A program made the translations under genes and the position numbers. This document shows positions 12,751 through 25,137 of a stretch of DNA of 64,000 bases, piece by piece. Position 1 is the stretch's first letter; the number at the start of each line of letters is the position of its first letter. Origin of the DNA: Eledone cirrhosa (Eukaryota); NCBI GenBank assembly GCA_964016885.1, contig OZ024761.1:4402001-4466000 (forward strand), in the 5' to 3' direction. Below the pieces are notes generated by a model, which made no database searches, had not been told where the DNA came from, and worked only from the letters and a program-made list of their open reading frames with translations.

Positions 12751-13922
12751 ACTAGCAGAATGGCCCAGCGTTGCTCGGGATTTGCTCTAGGGTTCTTATA
12801 TATTTGATATATATTTATCCTTATCGAGCCTCGTGAAATAAATACGTTTGTTTATATTTTGTTATTGTGTATGCAAAAATATCTGTACACGAATATATAA
12901 TTATATATATATATATATAGTAATAATAATAAATTTGAAGATTAAAATCCAAAGAGGGCTCGATAAGGATAAATATATATCAAATATATAAGAACCGTAG
13001 AGCAAATATTTATTAAAATAACAGATTAAAGTTTAAGCAAAGAATCGCTGCTTTCACCCTTAACGGGATCTTCTGAAACAAAAAAAAAAAAAAAAATCAA
13101 TCTGTGAACGCAGAAGTAAATATTTCGAAAAACGTTACACACTATATATATATATATACACACACTATATATACATATATACACACACACAGCTACGTCA
13201 TAATGCAGACAGCCAGACATAAGAGAGATATTATAAGGGCGCAACGTTATATCTATGTATCTATCTAAAAAGAAAAAGACTAAAAGAGAGAGAAAGAGAT
13301 CGCTAAATCGCCCAATGAGGTCCCTAGGGCATTGAAAATTTGAACATTTTTTGCTTAAAACACTCACACGACCATAAATATTACATGTGTAAAGTTTGAG
13401 AACAATCGATTGGGTGGTTCTCGAGTTTTAGTGATTGGACTATCAGACAGACATTCTGTTTTTGAAACCCTTCTTCGTCAGCAGAGGAAGTGATCCCCAA
13501 ACTTCATCCAACCCATCCTTATTCTAGATACTATATATATGTATATGTGTATATATGTATATGTGTATATATGTGTGTGCATATGTATATATGTGTATAT
13601 TTATATATGTATATATAAGTATATGTGTGTGTGTGTGAATGTAGCGAAGATAATACGTCAGCAATGACATGTTCGTCAGAATATCGTAATGCAGACAGTC
13701 AGACATACAGACAGATATTATAAGGGCTCGAAGGAGATCGATAACCGGCGCCTAACACCCCTTTAACAACAGAAAATTGATAAATAAACGCTGTAGTTAG
13801 TATCTGTAGACCGCAAGGAATATATAAATGCAAGTTTGAAGTTAATCGGAGTAGAAATGTGGATTTGTATAGACTGTGCAAAAATGAGGACACACAGACA
13901 ACAACAGTTTTATATATATAGA
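12751..13922. mobile_element. non-autonomous Helitron/Helentron-like remnants with nested insertions
   Basis: ACTAGCAGAATGGCCCAGCGTTGCTCGGG start; AAGTTTGA..AATCGG..ACAGAC..TTTTATATATATAGAT-type end present twice. Confidence 0.45.
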
Positions 13923-14112
13923 TAATTGTTTCTACTTTAGGCACAAGGCCAGCAATTAACCAGTGCATTACTGGTACTTTATTTTATCGACCCCGTAAGG
14001 ATGAAAGGCAAAGTCAACCTCGGCGGGATTTGAACTCAGATCGTAAAGGGACGTAACTATGCTGGAAAGCATGGCGTCCGACCCTCTACCGATACTGCCA
14101 ATCCACCGCCCC
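13922..14112 (-). mobile_element. full-length tRNA-derived SINE (Meta/MESC-like core)
   Basis: A-box TGGCAGTATCGG, B-box GAGTTCAAATCC; near-identical to 47222-47410 and 54934-55124. Confidence 0.9.
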
Positions 14113-14141
14113 TTATATATATAGATAATAATATATTATTT

Positions 14142-14373
14142 CAAGGATGATTTGTTAAGCCTTCATTACATTTTTTGATCAGTGACGCGCGTTTTGCTAT
14201 TGATCAGCTCAAGATTCGATCTGGCCCGATCTGTCATTACAACAGCAGAGGCCTGACAAGCTTTTGATTCCAGAGTTGGGCCAGATCGATACAGATCAAA
14301 CCTTGTGCTGATCAATAGCGAAACACGCATCACCAATCAATAAACGTAATGAAGGCTTAACATATCATCCTTG
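14142..14373 (+). mobile_element. fold-back element with degenerate hammerhead motif
   Basis: Imperfect inverted arms. CTGACAA at 14253, stem II GCTTTTGAT/ATCAATAGC, GAAA at 14320; the other arm retains palindromic ACGCGCGT+C; AATAAA at 14339. Confidence 0.55.
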
Positions 14374-14483
14374 TATTATTATATTACACTGTCTAGCTCT
14401 ACACCTCGCCACTGATGTGAACCTAAACATCGTGTGCTCACCTGGGTGAAGAACCTACAGTAACTTCATGTTACACTCCCTGG

Positions 14484-14549
<66 letters not shown>

Positions 14550-14678
14550 CGAAGGAAATGTGGTAAGGAACCAGGTGGACCATAACGCACCAAAGTACTC
14601 AATACTTGAGGTAGTAGAGTGGGTAATAGGAACCAGTAAGACCCCGACAGCTGAGCTCAAGCCGTTTCGACGGCTAAT

Positions 14679-14935
14679 TCTGGTGTTTCACCTGTATACT
14701 CACAGGATCATCAGATAAGACTAAGTATTTCTTATTTGATGATTCTGTGAGTATACAGGTAAAACACGAGAGTAATAAGACTCATCACTTAGCCATAATA
14801 AAGAACATTATTAAACTCTACACCTGGTTTTCACTCATTTTTGCATCCATCATCACATATATACATATATACACATATATATATATACATATATATATAT
14901 ATACATATATATATACATATATATACATACATACA

Positions 14936-14967
<32 letters not shown>

Positions 14968-14985
14968 CATACATACATACATACA

Positions 14986-15031
<46 letters not shown>

Positions 15032-15037
15032 CATATA

Positions 15038-15070
<33 letters not shown>

Positions 15071-15290
15071 ATATGTGATGATGGATGCAAAAATGAGTGA
15101 AAACCAGGTGTAGAGTTTAATAATGTTCTTTATTATGGCTAAGTGATGAGTCTTATTACTCTCGTGTTTTACCTGTATACTCACAGAATCATCAAATAAG
15201 AAATACTTAGTCTTATCTGATGATCCTGTGAGTATACAGGTGAAACACCAGAGTAACAAAACTCATCGCTTAGCCATAATAAAGAACATT
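14679..15290. mobile_element. fold-back Penelope-pLTR-like element with four hammerhead motifs
   Basis: Arms 14679-14872 and 15059-15252 are inverted copies around a TA/TACA microsatellite. Confidence 0.75.
15209..15263 (+). ncRNA. type I hammerhead ribozyme motif (core intact, stem I damaged)
   Basis: AGTCTTAT-CTGATGA-t CCTGT gagtat ACAGG t-GAAAC accaga GTA-acaaaact. The sister copy at 14731-14782 has the intact 3' strand ATAAGACT. Confidence 0.7.
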
Positions 15291-15680
15291 ATATATATAT
15301 ATGCGTCTGTGTGTAAAGTGGTCGTGTAGGAGACATGGTAAAAAGGCTTCAAGTCCAGACTGTAAATGTGGTTGGTGTTAGGAAGGGCATCCAGCCATAG
15401 AAAACCTGCCAGAAACAGTTCTATATGAGCTAGACATGGTCACCTGACCAATTTTGCCTCAAGTGGGACAAAACCGCCCAACCCATGCTAGCGTGGAAGA
15501 TAGACGTTAAACGATAATGATGATAATGATATATATTCATTTAGGTTTGTTGGTTCACCACTGGATAGAACTGGTCATTCTGTATAGTCAACCTTGATGT
15601 AATATTAGGGAGAGCACTCGACGTAATGCAACTCACCCATCTTCGTTTGTGTTGTGGTGGTGCGAGTACGGAGTTAATTA

Positions 15681-16031
15681 ATATAAAATAACAGGAGGTT
15701 TATTATACTATGAACATTTCAATGGCTGGGTTCAGTATGAATCCGGTGACATCATCAGGTATTCAGAAATTTAACAAAGGAATATAATAGACACAATCCA
15801 AGGGGCTGAAAAAGCAGAGAGACTTGAAGGTGACTAACCGGACTGGCAACTGCTAATTGTTTGTCCGCCTTCTGGTCTCTCTGCTTTTTCAGCCCCATGG
15901 ATTGTATCTATTATATTCCTTTGTTAAATTTCGAATACCTGATGATGTCACCGGATTCATATGGAACCCGGTAATTGAAATATTCATAGTATAATAAACC
16001 TTTAAGGAATTACACCAGTCCAGCCTCTTGT

Positions 16032-16040
<9 letters not shown>
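15681..16040. mobile_element. fold-back element with hammerhead motifs at 15705-15762 (-) and 15935-15992 (+)
   Basis: About 140-bp inverted arms. ATAC-CTGATGA-(ACCGG..CCGGT)-GAAATATTCAT-A-GTAT-AATAAA; same family as 18416-18580. Confidence 0.7.
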
Positions 16041-16061
<21 letters not shown>

Positions 16062-16067
<6 letters not shown>

Positions 16068-16450
16068 ATGCTTTGGGAGGGTCATGTTGCCAATAAGAAA
16101 CACACGCACCAGTTGCTTTTACTCCAATTTATTATAAATTAAATTTATAAATTTAAGAATTTATAAATTTCCAGTTGATTGGTTGGTTCCATAACCGGAC
16201 GGTTGTTCATATATTGTCAATATTCTTTCGTCACACATTCTGTGACCTCTTCAGTGACTGGGGATTCTTTTCTTTGTTTTGTGCCTCTCCTTTGTTCTGT
16301 CCTACGCCATCTTGTTTGGAAATTTATAAATTCTTAAATTTATAATAAATTGGAGTGAAAGCAACTGGTGCGTGTGTTTCTTATTGGCAACATGACCCTC
16401 CCAAAGCATAACAATATCGGTTTCAACACACGTTTTCAGATAAAGAATCT
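16062..16450. mobile_element. fold-back element with a hammerhead-like motif at 16216-16258 (-)
   Basis: Arms 16062-16172 and 16318-16415. GTCA-CTGAAGA-g GTCACA gaatg TGTGAC-GAAA..TGAC; related copies near 24920-25090 and 49890. Confidence 0.65.
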
Positions 16451-16659
16451 TGCTAAACAAATTCAGAAACGAAATATATATATACATATAATTTATCCTT
16501 GCTCCTGATGATGGAGGCCAGTTTTTGAACCACTACTCCAATATACGGTGGTGACCATAACTGAACCCTGAAACCTAAAGCAGCACATACATGTGCATTA
16601 ATGTATAAACATTAATTAAATATATCTATCTATATACTACTAAAACTGTGATTGTGTCT

Positions 16660-16797
16660 TGTCTGTAATGTAATACAGACAAAATGGCGCATAATGGGAA
16701 AATACTTTGAAAGGAAGTTGCCCCCGAAATGGGAATACAAATGGAATAAGACATGTTTCGCGTAAATTGGAGCACGGTTTCCGGGTACCTTCATAAA
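16660..16797 (+). mobile_element. mariner-like transposon 3' end remnant
   Basis: Decayed HNGKYFE-like C-terminus followed by TTTCCGGGTACCTTCATA, resembling a mariner TIR plus TA. Confidence 0.4.
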
Positions 16798-17495
16798 TAG
16801 AGAAAGAAAGAGAGACAGAGAAGGAAAATGGAAGAGAGAGAGAGCTGCTGGTGTTGTTGAATGAAATTATAACACATGACTTCAAAGAATGTAGACCCAC
16901 ACACACACGTATATATATGGGCCTTCCAGTTTCATTTCACATTATATACATGTCTGTATATTTTAATTATTTTTAAGTGAACATGATATACAAAATTTTT
17001 TCTTTGGGAAAATGACCCAACAGGTCACGGGTGGTCTACTATTATATATATATATAATTTATCCTTGTTCCTGATATAAACATATATAAACCAATCAGTG
17101 CTGTGGGTAGAAATAAATACATCATCATCAGTTTAGCGTCTTATTTTCCATGTCTGCATGGGTCAAGCAAGTCTGGCCAAGTCGTCGTGGTCATACCAGA
17201 CTGTATTTTGGCTGTCTGTTTTACAGCTGGATACCCTAACACCAACCACATTGACAGTGTGGAACTGGGTGATCCCACAATGCGAGGGGTCTGGCTAGTT
17301 GGCTGCACCACACCCTGCTCATAAGCAGATCCGTATTTGGGAGCTGGGTGGACCTGTAATGAGGTAGGTCTGGCTGCGTCAAACATTGCTCACAGTGGGG
17401 CCTGTGTTTTGGCTGGGAGTTTTACAGCTGCTGGATGCTTTTTCTACACCACCCAATTTACAGTATATATATATATATATATATATATTACACAG

Positions 17496-17935
17496 CTAAC
17501 AGAGCATGCTTGCTTCATTTCTCTCCAGCCATCGCATATCCTCTGCAGTTGCTGGAGAGAAATGAGGCATGCTCCGATGAATGTGCAATGTCAATGTGTG
17601 TGAACGACCAAGCATAGATAAGTTGAGAGAGAAACTGTGTATAAGAGGGATAAGCTGTGGTGTGCAGGAGAGAAGGCTGAGATGGTATGGACATGTGATG
17701 TGCAAGGAGGATGACCGCTGGGTAAAAAAGTGCCAAGAAATCCCAGTAGAAGGAAGACGCAGTAGAGGATGACCATGAAAAACATGGGCGGAGGTGGTGA
17801 GAGCAGACCTGAGATCGCTGAAACTCACGGAGGAGATGACGAAGGACTGTGACAAGTGGAGAGATGCTGTGCTGAATAGGACCTGTCCCACCCTTGCAAG
17901 CAGGGAAAAGTGGACGTAAAATGATGATGATGATG
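17496..17935 (+). mobile_element. RTE-clade LINE 3' fragment
   Basis: [28 protein letters not shown] and (GAT)n tail; short inverted piece at the 5' end. Confidence 0.85.
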
Positions 17936-17966
<31 letters not shown>

Positions 17967-18347
17967 CACACACACACACACACACATACATACATGAAGG
18001 CAGCAAATTGACAAAGTTCATAGAACATCAGATAGAATGCTTTGCAGTATTCGTTCAGGCTCTCTGCTCTCTGTTTAAATCCTGCCGAGGTCAACTTTAC
18101 CTTTCATCCATTAATGGTCGATAAAAAAAGTACCAGTCAGGTACTGGGATCAATTCTTCCTCTATATCTCTTTCTCACTTCCTTTCTCTCACTCTCTCTA
18201 TCCTTCTTTGGAAGAAATCAACTGTATTCAGACCTGGAGAGAAGATGGGCTCTGCCAGATTTAAAAAAAAATGCCTTAGAAATGCCGTTTTTCAATATGG
18301 CACCCCTACGACTCCTCAGGAGTTACGGGTCTATACTATACCACATA

Positions 18348-18423
<76 letters not shown>

Positions 18424-18469
18424 TTTCAGTGGCCAGGTTCCATAGTTTATTATATAACTATTATGCAAT

Positions 18470-18531
18470 AAACACCTGAGGATGTCACCAGGATCTTATG
18501 GAACTTGGCCACTGAAATGTACATAGTGTTT
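18470..18531 (+). ncRNA. type I hammerhead ribozyme motif, Penelope type
   Basis: AAACAC-CTGAGGA-stem II (CCAGG/CTTGG)-GAA-ATGTACAT (palindrome)-A-GTGTTT, then AATAAA at 18537; partial inverted copy at 18416-18444. Confidence 0.75.
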
Positions 18532-19065
18532 GCTGAAATAAATCTTTGAAGGAATTTCACCAGTCCAGCCTCCTGTCATTTTACTCAATAATATATATAT
18601 GTATCATCATCATCATCATCATCACCGTTTTACGTCCGTTCTTCCACGCTAGCATGGGTTAGACGGGTTGTCCTGTTGTGGGCAGTGTCTGGTCGGCTGA
18701 CCATGCCTTGCTCATACAGGAACTGATCTGGCTTGATTTCTACAGCTGGATGCCCTTCCTAACACCAACCTCATTTACAGTGAGTGCTGGGTGCTTTTTC
18801 GTGGCGCCTACACGTCCACTTTACAGTGTGGGCTGGGTGCTTTTTTGCCGTGGCACCTCCACGGCCACCTTGCGGTGGGGGGGGGGGGGCATATTGTTTA
18901 TATGCTTCAGCATGTACCCATGGGAGGTCGGGTACCCTGTATTACTGCGTGACGCCAGAAGTCACGGTCGTGTGTCATTGACTTTGAGAGGTGTAGTTGG
19001 GTAAGGTCGGCTTTTATATATATATATATATTACGTCTATACTCATCATTTTCCATTATTTAGAA

Positions 19066-19110
<45 letters not shown>

Positions 19111-19122
<12 letters not shown>

Positions 19123-19305
19123 ACAAATAGTATAAAGGAAAAAGATTCTTCCAGTAGAAAATGTTGAAAAGATTTTTTCAGTGAAATATGAATACATTAT
19201 TTACAAGTAAATAAGTTAATGTATTCATATTTCACTGAAAAAATCTCTTCAACATTTTCTACTGGAAGAATCTTTTTCCTTTATACTATTTGTTTTCATA
19301 TATAT
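19111..19305. repeat. 89-bp-arm palindrome containing a minimal hammerhead-like motif
   Basis: Arms 19111-19199 and 19217-19305. AATG-TTGAA(A/G)A-gattttttcagt-GAAATATGAAT-A-CATT. Confidence 0.65.
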
Positions 19306-19343
19306 CAACTCATGTGTTACTTTTCTACACTCGATATATATAA

Positions 19344-19380
<37 letters not shown>

Positions 19381-19545
19381 GGACGCTCTATCTCAAAATT
19401 ATTTTTGAAAAGCATTAGAAATGCGCAACCGGTAAAACTTAAAACCAAAACTTAATACTAACCAATACTATTACTAATTCTCACTTATTCCTAATTAAAC
19501 TATTTTTCACTGTGAACAATTTGTCAGCATTTTCTTTTCTGTTTA

Positions 19546-19606
<61 letters not shown>

Positions 19607-20152
19607 CTCCAAATCACTGATTTGTCGAGCAAACCTGCCAAAACCACTTCTAAAAATTTTTTTTGGGGGTGTTAGTAGGCGCTTGTCATCTTACCACCCC
19701 ATTCCTACTGACTAGCCTCTGTGTCACGTGATTGATTCTTTAGAATCGGCCATATGATCAGTGGCAGTGAGAATTTTCAGTAGCTGGAATCCAGTCCTCG
19801 ATAGCTGTTCCATTTACCGAATTATTATTATTTTTATATGAGTCGCCAGTGTCCGCGCATCGCCTGGAGACTCGGCTGAGAATGACCTCCCTGATGACGC
19901 AATGAAATTCTCAACGGTTCATTACGTAACTGTCTTTATCCCATTGCAGAAACTAATTAGTTGGAGTGAAAATTTAAGTAAGTAAGTTAATTTTTTAAAA
20001 AAATTTTTTAAAAAAATTTTCTTATTTTACGTCTTTTATATTATTGTTCTGCATTCTCCTGCATCGAACCACCTAGGTACTATGACATAACCTGTGTATT
20101 TGCTGGCATTGGCGTACATCTGTGCGCTTATGTTAGTAGATATATTAAATTA

Positions 20153-20200
<48 letters not shown>

Positions 20201-20336
20201 GTATAGGATTATCCAAGATGTAGTAATGGTTAATTACTACATTGGATATGGTTGATGTACGGTGAGAGGTTACTCTACGAGTTATGGAAGAATTGTTGAA
20301 GAAACTTAGTTCCTGATCCTTCTGTATTCCGGAGTG

Positions 20337-20622
20337 TATATAAAGAATGAATAATAACAGGTAGACATCATAAAAAGGTAATTTATTCCGTGTGCTTACA
20401 AATGTTTCCACGGTGGTACTACAGCCTAGTTATGCTATGTGCAAATTTACAACTATTTGCAGAACTCAAATATCCAATGCTGTGACCACTGTATCCTCAG
20501 GAGTTCTGTTAATAGTTATAAATTTGCACATAGCATAACTAGGCTGTAGTACCACCGTGGAAACATTTGTAAGCACACGGAATAAATTACCTTTTTATGA
20601 TGTCTACCTGTTATTATTCATT

Positions 20623-20631
<9 letters not shown>
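20337..20631. repeat. 131-bp-arm palindrome with 33-nt loop, abutting (TA)n
   Basis: Arms 20337-20467 and 20501-20631 are near-perfect reverse complements. Confidence 0.9.
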
Positions 20632-20665
<34 letters not shown>

Positions 20666-20749
20666 AAGTTATATTTAAAATTGTTGGGTTACAACTAGTA
20701 AATATTTATAACTGATATAAAAGCACTCGACAAATATTTGGAGTATATT

Positions 20750-21070
20750 TACAATATTAAATAAATGGAAAACTATATTTATAAAACCATATTTATTTCA
20801 TTATATATATTTCGGGGATATCATATTAACAATATGCTATGCCTTCATCAGACAAAATACAATATAAACAGTTTTATAGATAAATATATTCAACATACCG
20901 TAATAAATGAAGTTGATGTTTATTACGGTATGTTGAATATATTTATCTATAAAACTGTTTATATTGTATTTTGTCTGATGAAGGCATAGCATATTGTTAA
21001 TATGATATCCCCGAAATATATATAATGAAATAAATATGGTTTTATAAATATAGTTTTCCATTTATTTAAT

Positions 21071-21076
<6 letters not shown>
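20750..21076. mobile_element. 158-bp-arm perfect palindrome with 11-nt loop and mirror-image hammerheads
   Basis: Arms 20750-20907 and 20919-21076; explains the two mirror ORFs starting MENYIYKT. Confidence 0.85.
20967..21032 (+). ncRNA. type I hammerhead ribozyme motif (mirror copy 20794-20859 on minus)
   Basis: TATTTTGT-CTGATGA-stem II (GG.ATA.CATATT gtt AATATG.TAT.CC)-GAA-ATATATAT-A-ATGAAATA, overlapping AATAAA. Confidence 0.75.
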
Positions 21077-21117
<41 letters not shown>

Positions 21118-21422
21118 ATGGCCCCACTCGGTCATAAATGACCATGGTTTTGGCACCTGGAAAGTTTCCCTCCGAGGCACAAGCCTGGGCAAAGTTTGTT
21201 TTTTGTCGAAGACCAGCAGTCACCCATGTTGTCCAAGGGAGAGGCACTGACCGATACAGCTTAGCACCAGTGACGTCACAACACATTTCTACAGCCGAGT
21301 AAACTGGAGCAATGTGAAATAAAGTGTCTTGCTCAAGGACACAACGCATCACCCGGTCCGAGAATCGAACTCAACCTCTCAATTGCAAGCCCAATGCTCT
21401 AACCACTAAGCCATGCACCTTC
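21118..21422 (-). mobile_element. tRNA-derived SINE (V/CORE-like centre, different 3' tail)
   Basis: tRNA head TGGCTTAGTGG..GAGTTCGATTC and CCTTGAGCAAGACACTTT core. Confidence 0.8.
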
Positions 21423-21840
21423 ACACACACAAACACACACATATACACACACACACACACAGCTTTTTTAAGCCTTGTACTGTTGGTGGGGATTAGTCAA
21501 TGTTAGTATAACAGCAAATATGAATTGTTGCAGATGAGAGTAAATGGAAGTAAAGGATTAGTTGTTATCTACATTATACAATAAGACATTATTATAGAGA
21601 GAGACTAAAAGGTGTTGACTGTGATAAGAAATAGTCAATTAGTCTGACCAACAATAGTACAAAGTCACTGAAGATATATCTACAACAGGAACTGACAAGC
21701 CATTCGGAAGACTAAGGATTTATTGATAAACATTATTGATTTTGCTTTTATTAGTTAATTCCCTCTAATAAGAATGTTAATTAGTTCATATTCATCAAAG
21801 ACATTTTCTTATGGACTGCGCCTTTATGTGTGCATGTGTC

Positions 21841-21878
<38 letters not shown>

Positions 21879-22102
21879 CATGTGTGTAGAATGTACCCCT
21901 ATTAACAACTGTATTCTTAAAAAAAAACATATAAGAAATAATAATAATTTAGGATTATCATGAAAATGGTTTAATAAGCTAATGTATTTTGTTTTTCCTA
22001 ATTAAACCGAAATTTCTGCTCTTGAAGACCACCACCAACAATGAAAACAACAACAGCGGTACTCTCACCACTTTGCTGCCCTTTAAGACTTGTTCAGACA
22101 GG

Positions 22103-22137
<35 letters not shown>

Positions 22138-22314
22138 TGTTTCTACTTTTGGCACAAGGCCAGCAATTATCGCAGTACATTACTGGTATTGTATTTTATT
22201 GACCCCGTAAGGATGAAAGGCAAAGTTAACCTCGGCGGGATTTGAACTCAGATAATAAAGGGGCGTCCGACCTTCTACCGATACTGTCAATCTAATAATA
22301 ATAACAATAATACT

Positions 22315-22640
22315 TTCTTTATTAACCACCAGGGTTGACATAAAGTATAACATTAAGGACAGCACAGGACAGTACAAATGGGCATTTCTGCATGTAAAGA
22401 AAAAACAATAATAAAGGAAATAACAAAAAAGGAAACAAAAGAAAATTCCCCAATAGGGGGGAGACTTCCGAGGGTCACTCGTAGAGAAAGCCCATTAAAA
22501 ATGCCACGGTGACCCTGACCCCACCAGGGCAAGTGCCTTCTCCCAGTTCTCCATCTTCAATTTACAGGCGCATACTCAGAGCAGGCCCATTCACCCGGGC
22601 CATGCTTGCCTCTCTCACCCATCTTTCAACAAGATTTTCC
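22315..22640 (-). mobile_element. Tx1/L1-like LINE 3' end
   Basis: Similar to the 24050-24360 tail (CATACTCAGAGCAGGCCCATTCAC); minus-strand AATAAA then (ATT)n. Confidence 0.55.
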
Positions 22641-22844
22641 TTTTCAAATAAAATAATAATAACAATAATAATAATAAAGGGAACTGCCCATATACTAAGC
22701 AAGATTCTGTCAATATAAATACGGGTTTTTTGTTAAACATGACGGACCTTGTTGTCTGTTGAGGTCACTGGTTGTGACTTGGTGATAACTCGTATGAACA
22801 TAAAGCAAGATAAATGAAAAAATAATAATAATAATAATAATAAT

Positions 22845-23960
22845 CCCATTGAAGAGGCTGACATAATATCTACGACATTCTCAAACATATAACAACATAA
22901 GATTTAACATAGAACACCCCGATAAAAGTGGTTCCATGTTCTTGCTGGACTTCTAGCTTAGAGTAACAGAAGAAGGTGCTACATACACCAACTTCTATAG
23001 GAAAGCTTCCAGCAGAAACCTGTGTGTGCATTATAGGTCAGCCCTTCTCCTTGGTGCTAAAACTGGATACATAAGAAATGAACTTACAGCATATCTGGAA
23101 TAAATGAAACAAGACAGAGGACCAGATCACTCACACTGCACACTTCACAGATGTACTGAAGACGAACAGATACCCAGCATCCACAGTGAATCGACTTAAG
23201 AATCAAAGGCGGCGCAGGCATAAGACCTCCTCTAACACCTGCTTCATGAAAATACCACATTTCAGTGAAAGCATAACCACAGCTACCTGCAGAGCTATCC
23301 ACAAAGAAGGACTGGGTATACAGTTAGCACACTTCGGCCCTTCACTGCGTGGATATCTGTCTAAAAAGCAATCCAGAGACAACAACAACCAATGCTCGCT
23401 GACTAACTGCCCTATCCACGATACAGGTATGTGCCAGTGGACACGTGGTATACTGGATTGAATGCAGCAAATGTAAGGATTTCTACATTGGTAGGATGAC
23501 TTGAACACTCCATACTCGCATTAAAGAACACCTCAACACACACGCATCTTCATTCAAGAAACACATGACAAATGTAAAAACATCAACCAACATGTTACCG
23601 TTACTATTGAAGCTAGTGATAGAAATGTTGGCAATTTAAGAATTAAGGAAGCCTTGCTCATATGTAGACTCAACCTGCAAATAAATAATAGATTAGAACT
23701 CAGTTCACAATACTTGACATAAAAGGACACACCCACAGGCACACAAATACAACTTAAACAACATATCATACAAGGAAATTGATTCCATGAAATATAACAT
23801 CGGCAGCTGACGTCATCTTTGAGCTTATCATAAACAAAACGCTTGAAAACGGTTCATAAAATTTAAATATAAATTTAATTCTAAAGAAAAGAAACCAGAA
23901 CAGTTTACTCTGAGTTCCTTAAACTCTGAAGAACGGAATTTTAAGACCCAAAATATTAGG
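22845..23960 (+). mobile_element. degenerate Penelope-like element (RT thumb plus GIY-YIG endonuclease)
   Basis: RFNIE..FLLD..TNFYRK..HYRS..K..IRNE, then across a frameshift VVYWIECSKCKDFYIGRMT*TLHTRIKEHL..IKEALLI..INNR; stops and frameshifts present. Confidence 0.85.
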
Positions 23961-24049
23961 ACAAAAGACAACAAAAACAAATATTACCAGGTAACTAAAT
24001 ATTATGTTGCCTTCATCTTATCATCCATTCTGCATTGTTTAGCCTTATA

Positions 24050-24860
24050 TCACTTTCTACATATGGGGGACAATACAGACAGGGACAGTGGGGGGGGGGG
24101 GGGGGGGGGGCGTTTACAATATAATAGAGTGAAAATACACAATAACAAAAAACAATTAACAATGAAAATATATAAAAATAAAATCCCCAATAGGAGAGTA
24201 AACCACATAGGGGAAACTCAGATACCCCACCAATCCTGAACTATCCGACGCTTTGAGGGCACCGCTCTCACCCTCAAATTAGCCAGCCAACTGGCGCATG
24301 CTCAGAGTAGGACCATTCACATGGGCCATTCTCGCTACATTCACTCAACTTTTACCAAATGTACTGGGGGGGGGGAACCACTTCTCTCTCCACCCTCACC
24401 TTCCTTTCCAGGTGAAACTTGAAAAAGTTGATGAGGGATTGGCCGAAGAGAAAAGTGTCTGTCTTCAGTCCTTTCAACCTGGTCCACCATACAACCTCTT
24501 TTGCTACTGCCACCAGACATAGGAATATTGCCTGCCCTTCTTGACCAAAAGAAGGCAGGGGGTCGATCTTCACTATGGACTCGGCCGATAGCCGGATCCC
24601 TTCTACACGTAACAACAGCTGTTCGACATAACTCCACAAGTCAGTAATGCATGGATACTGGACGAGTGCGTGCAGAACAGTTTCATTACTGTGTGCATCT
24701 TGGGCAGGTCTGTCTGACAGTACTTCCGTGCCTGTACAGTTTATCTCAAACTGGGAGTGAGGGATTTCTGGAAGTTATCTATGGTCGCTGGCTTGAAAGT
24801 CCTCCAGAACAGACTGGTTAGTTCAATTTCATCGACACCCAGAGACTCTCTGAGTACATC
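24050..24860 (-). mobile_element. Tx1/L1-clade LINE ORF2 C-terminal fragment and 3' UTR
   Basis: CPRC...ETVLHAL..C...WSYVEQLL zinc-knuckle region and AKEVVWWTRLK. Confidence 0.75.
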
Positions 24861-25137
24861 CTCGCACTTGCCCATCACTAGTGTAGGATAGAACAAAGGA
24901 GAGACATAAAATAAGAAATCAGTCAATGAGGAGGTCACAGAACATGTGATGAAAGAGCTTTGACAATATATAAACAACCATCTGGTTATTGAACAAACCA
25001 ACCGGAAATTTGTAATGTGTGTGTCTTATTGGCAGCATGACCCTCCCAAAGTATAACAATATCTGTTTCAACACACGGTTTCAAATAAGAAATCTCTCTC
25101 TCTATATATATATTTAAAAGAGTCAAAAGTCAGTGTT

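Noticed and set aside
19876-19922. CTGATGA-cgcaat-GAAA hammerhead candidate
   Set aside because: Stem II is unpaired and I could not place a valid NUH with stem I; possibly a decayed pLTR.
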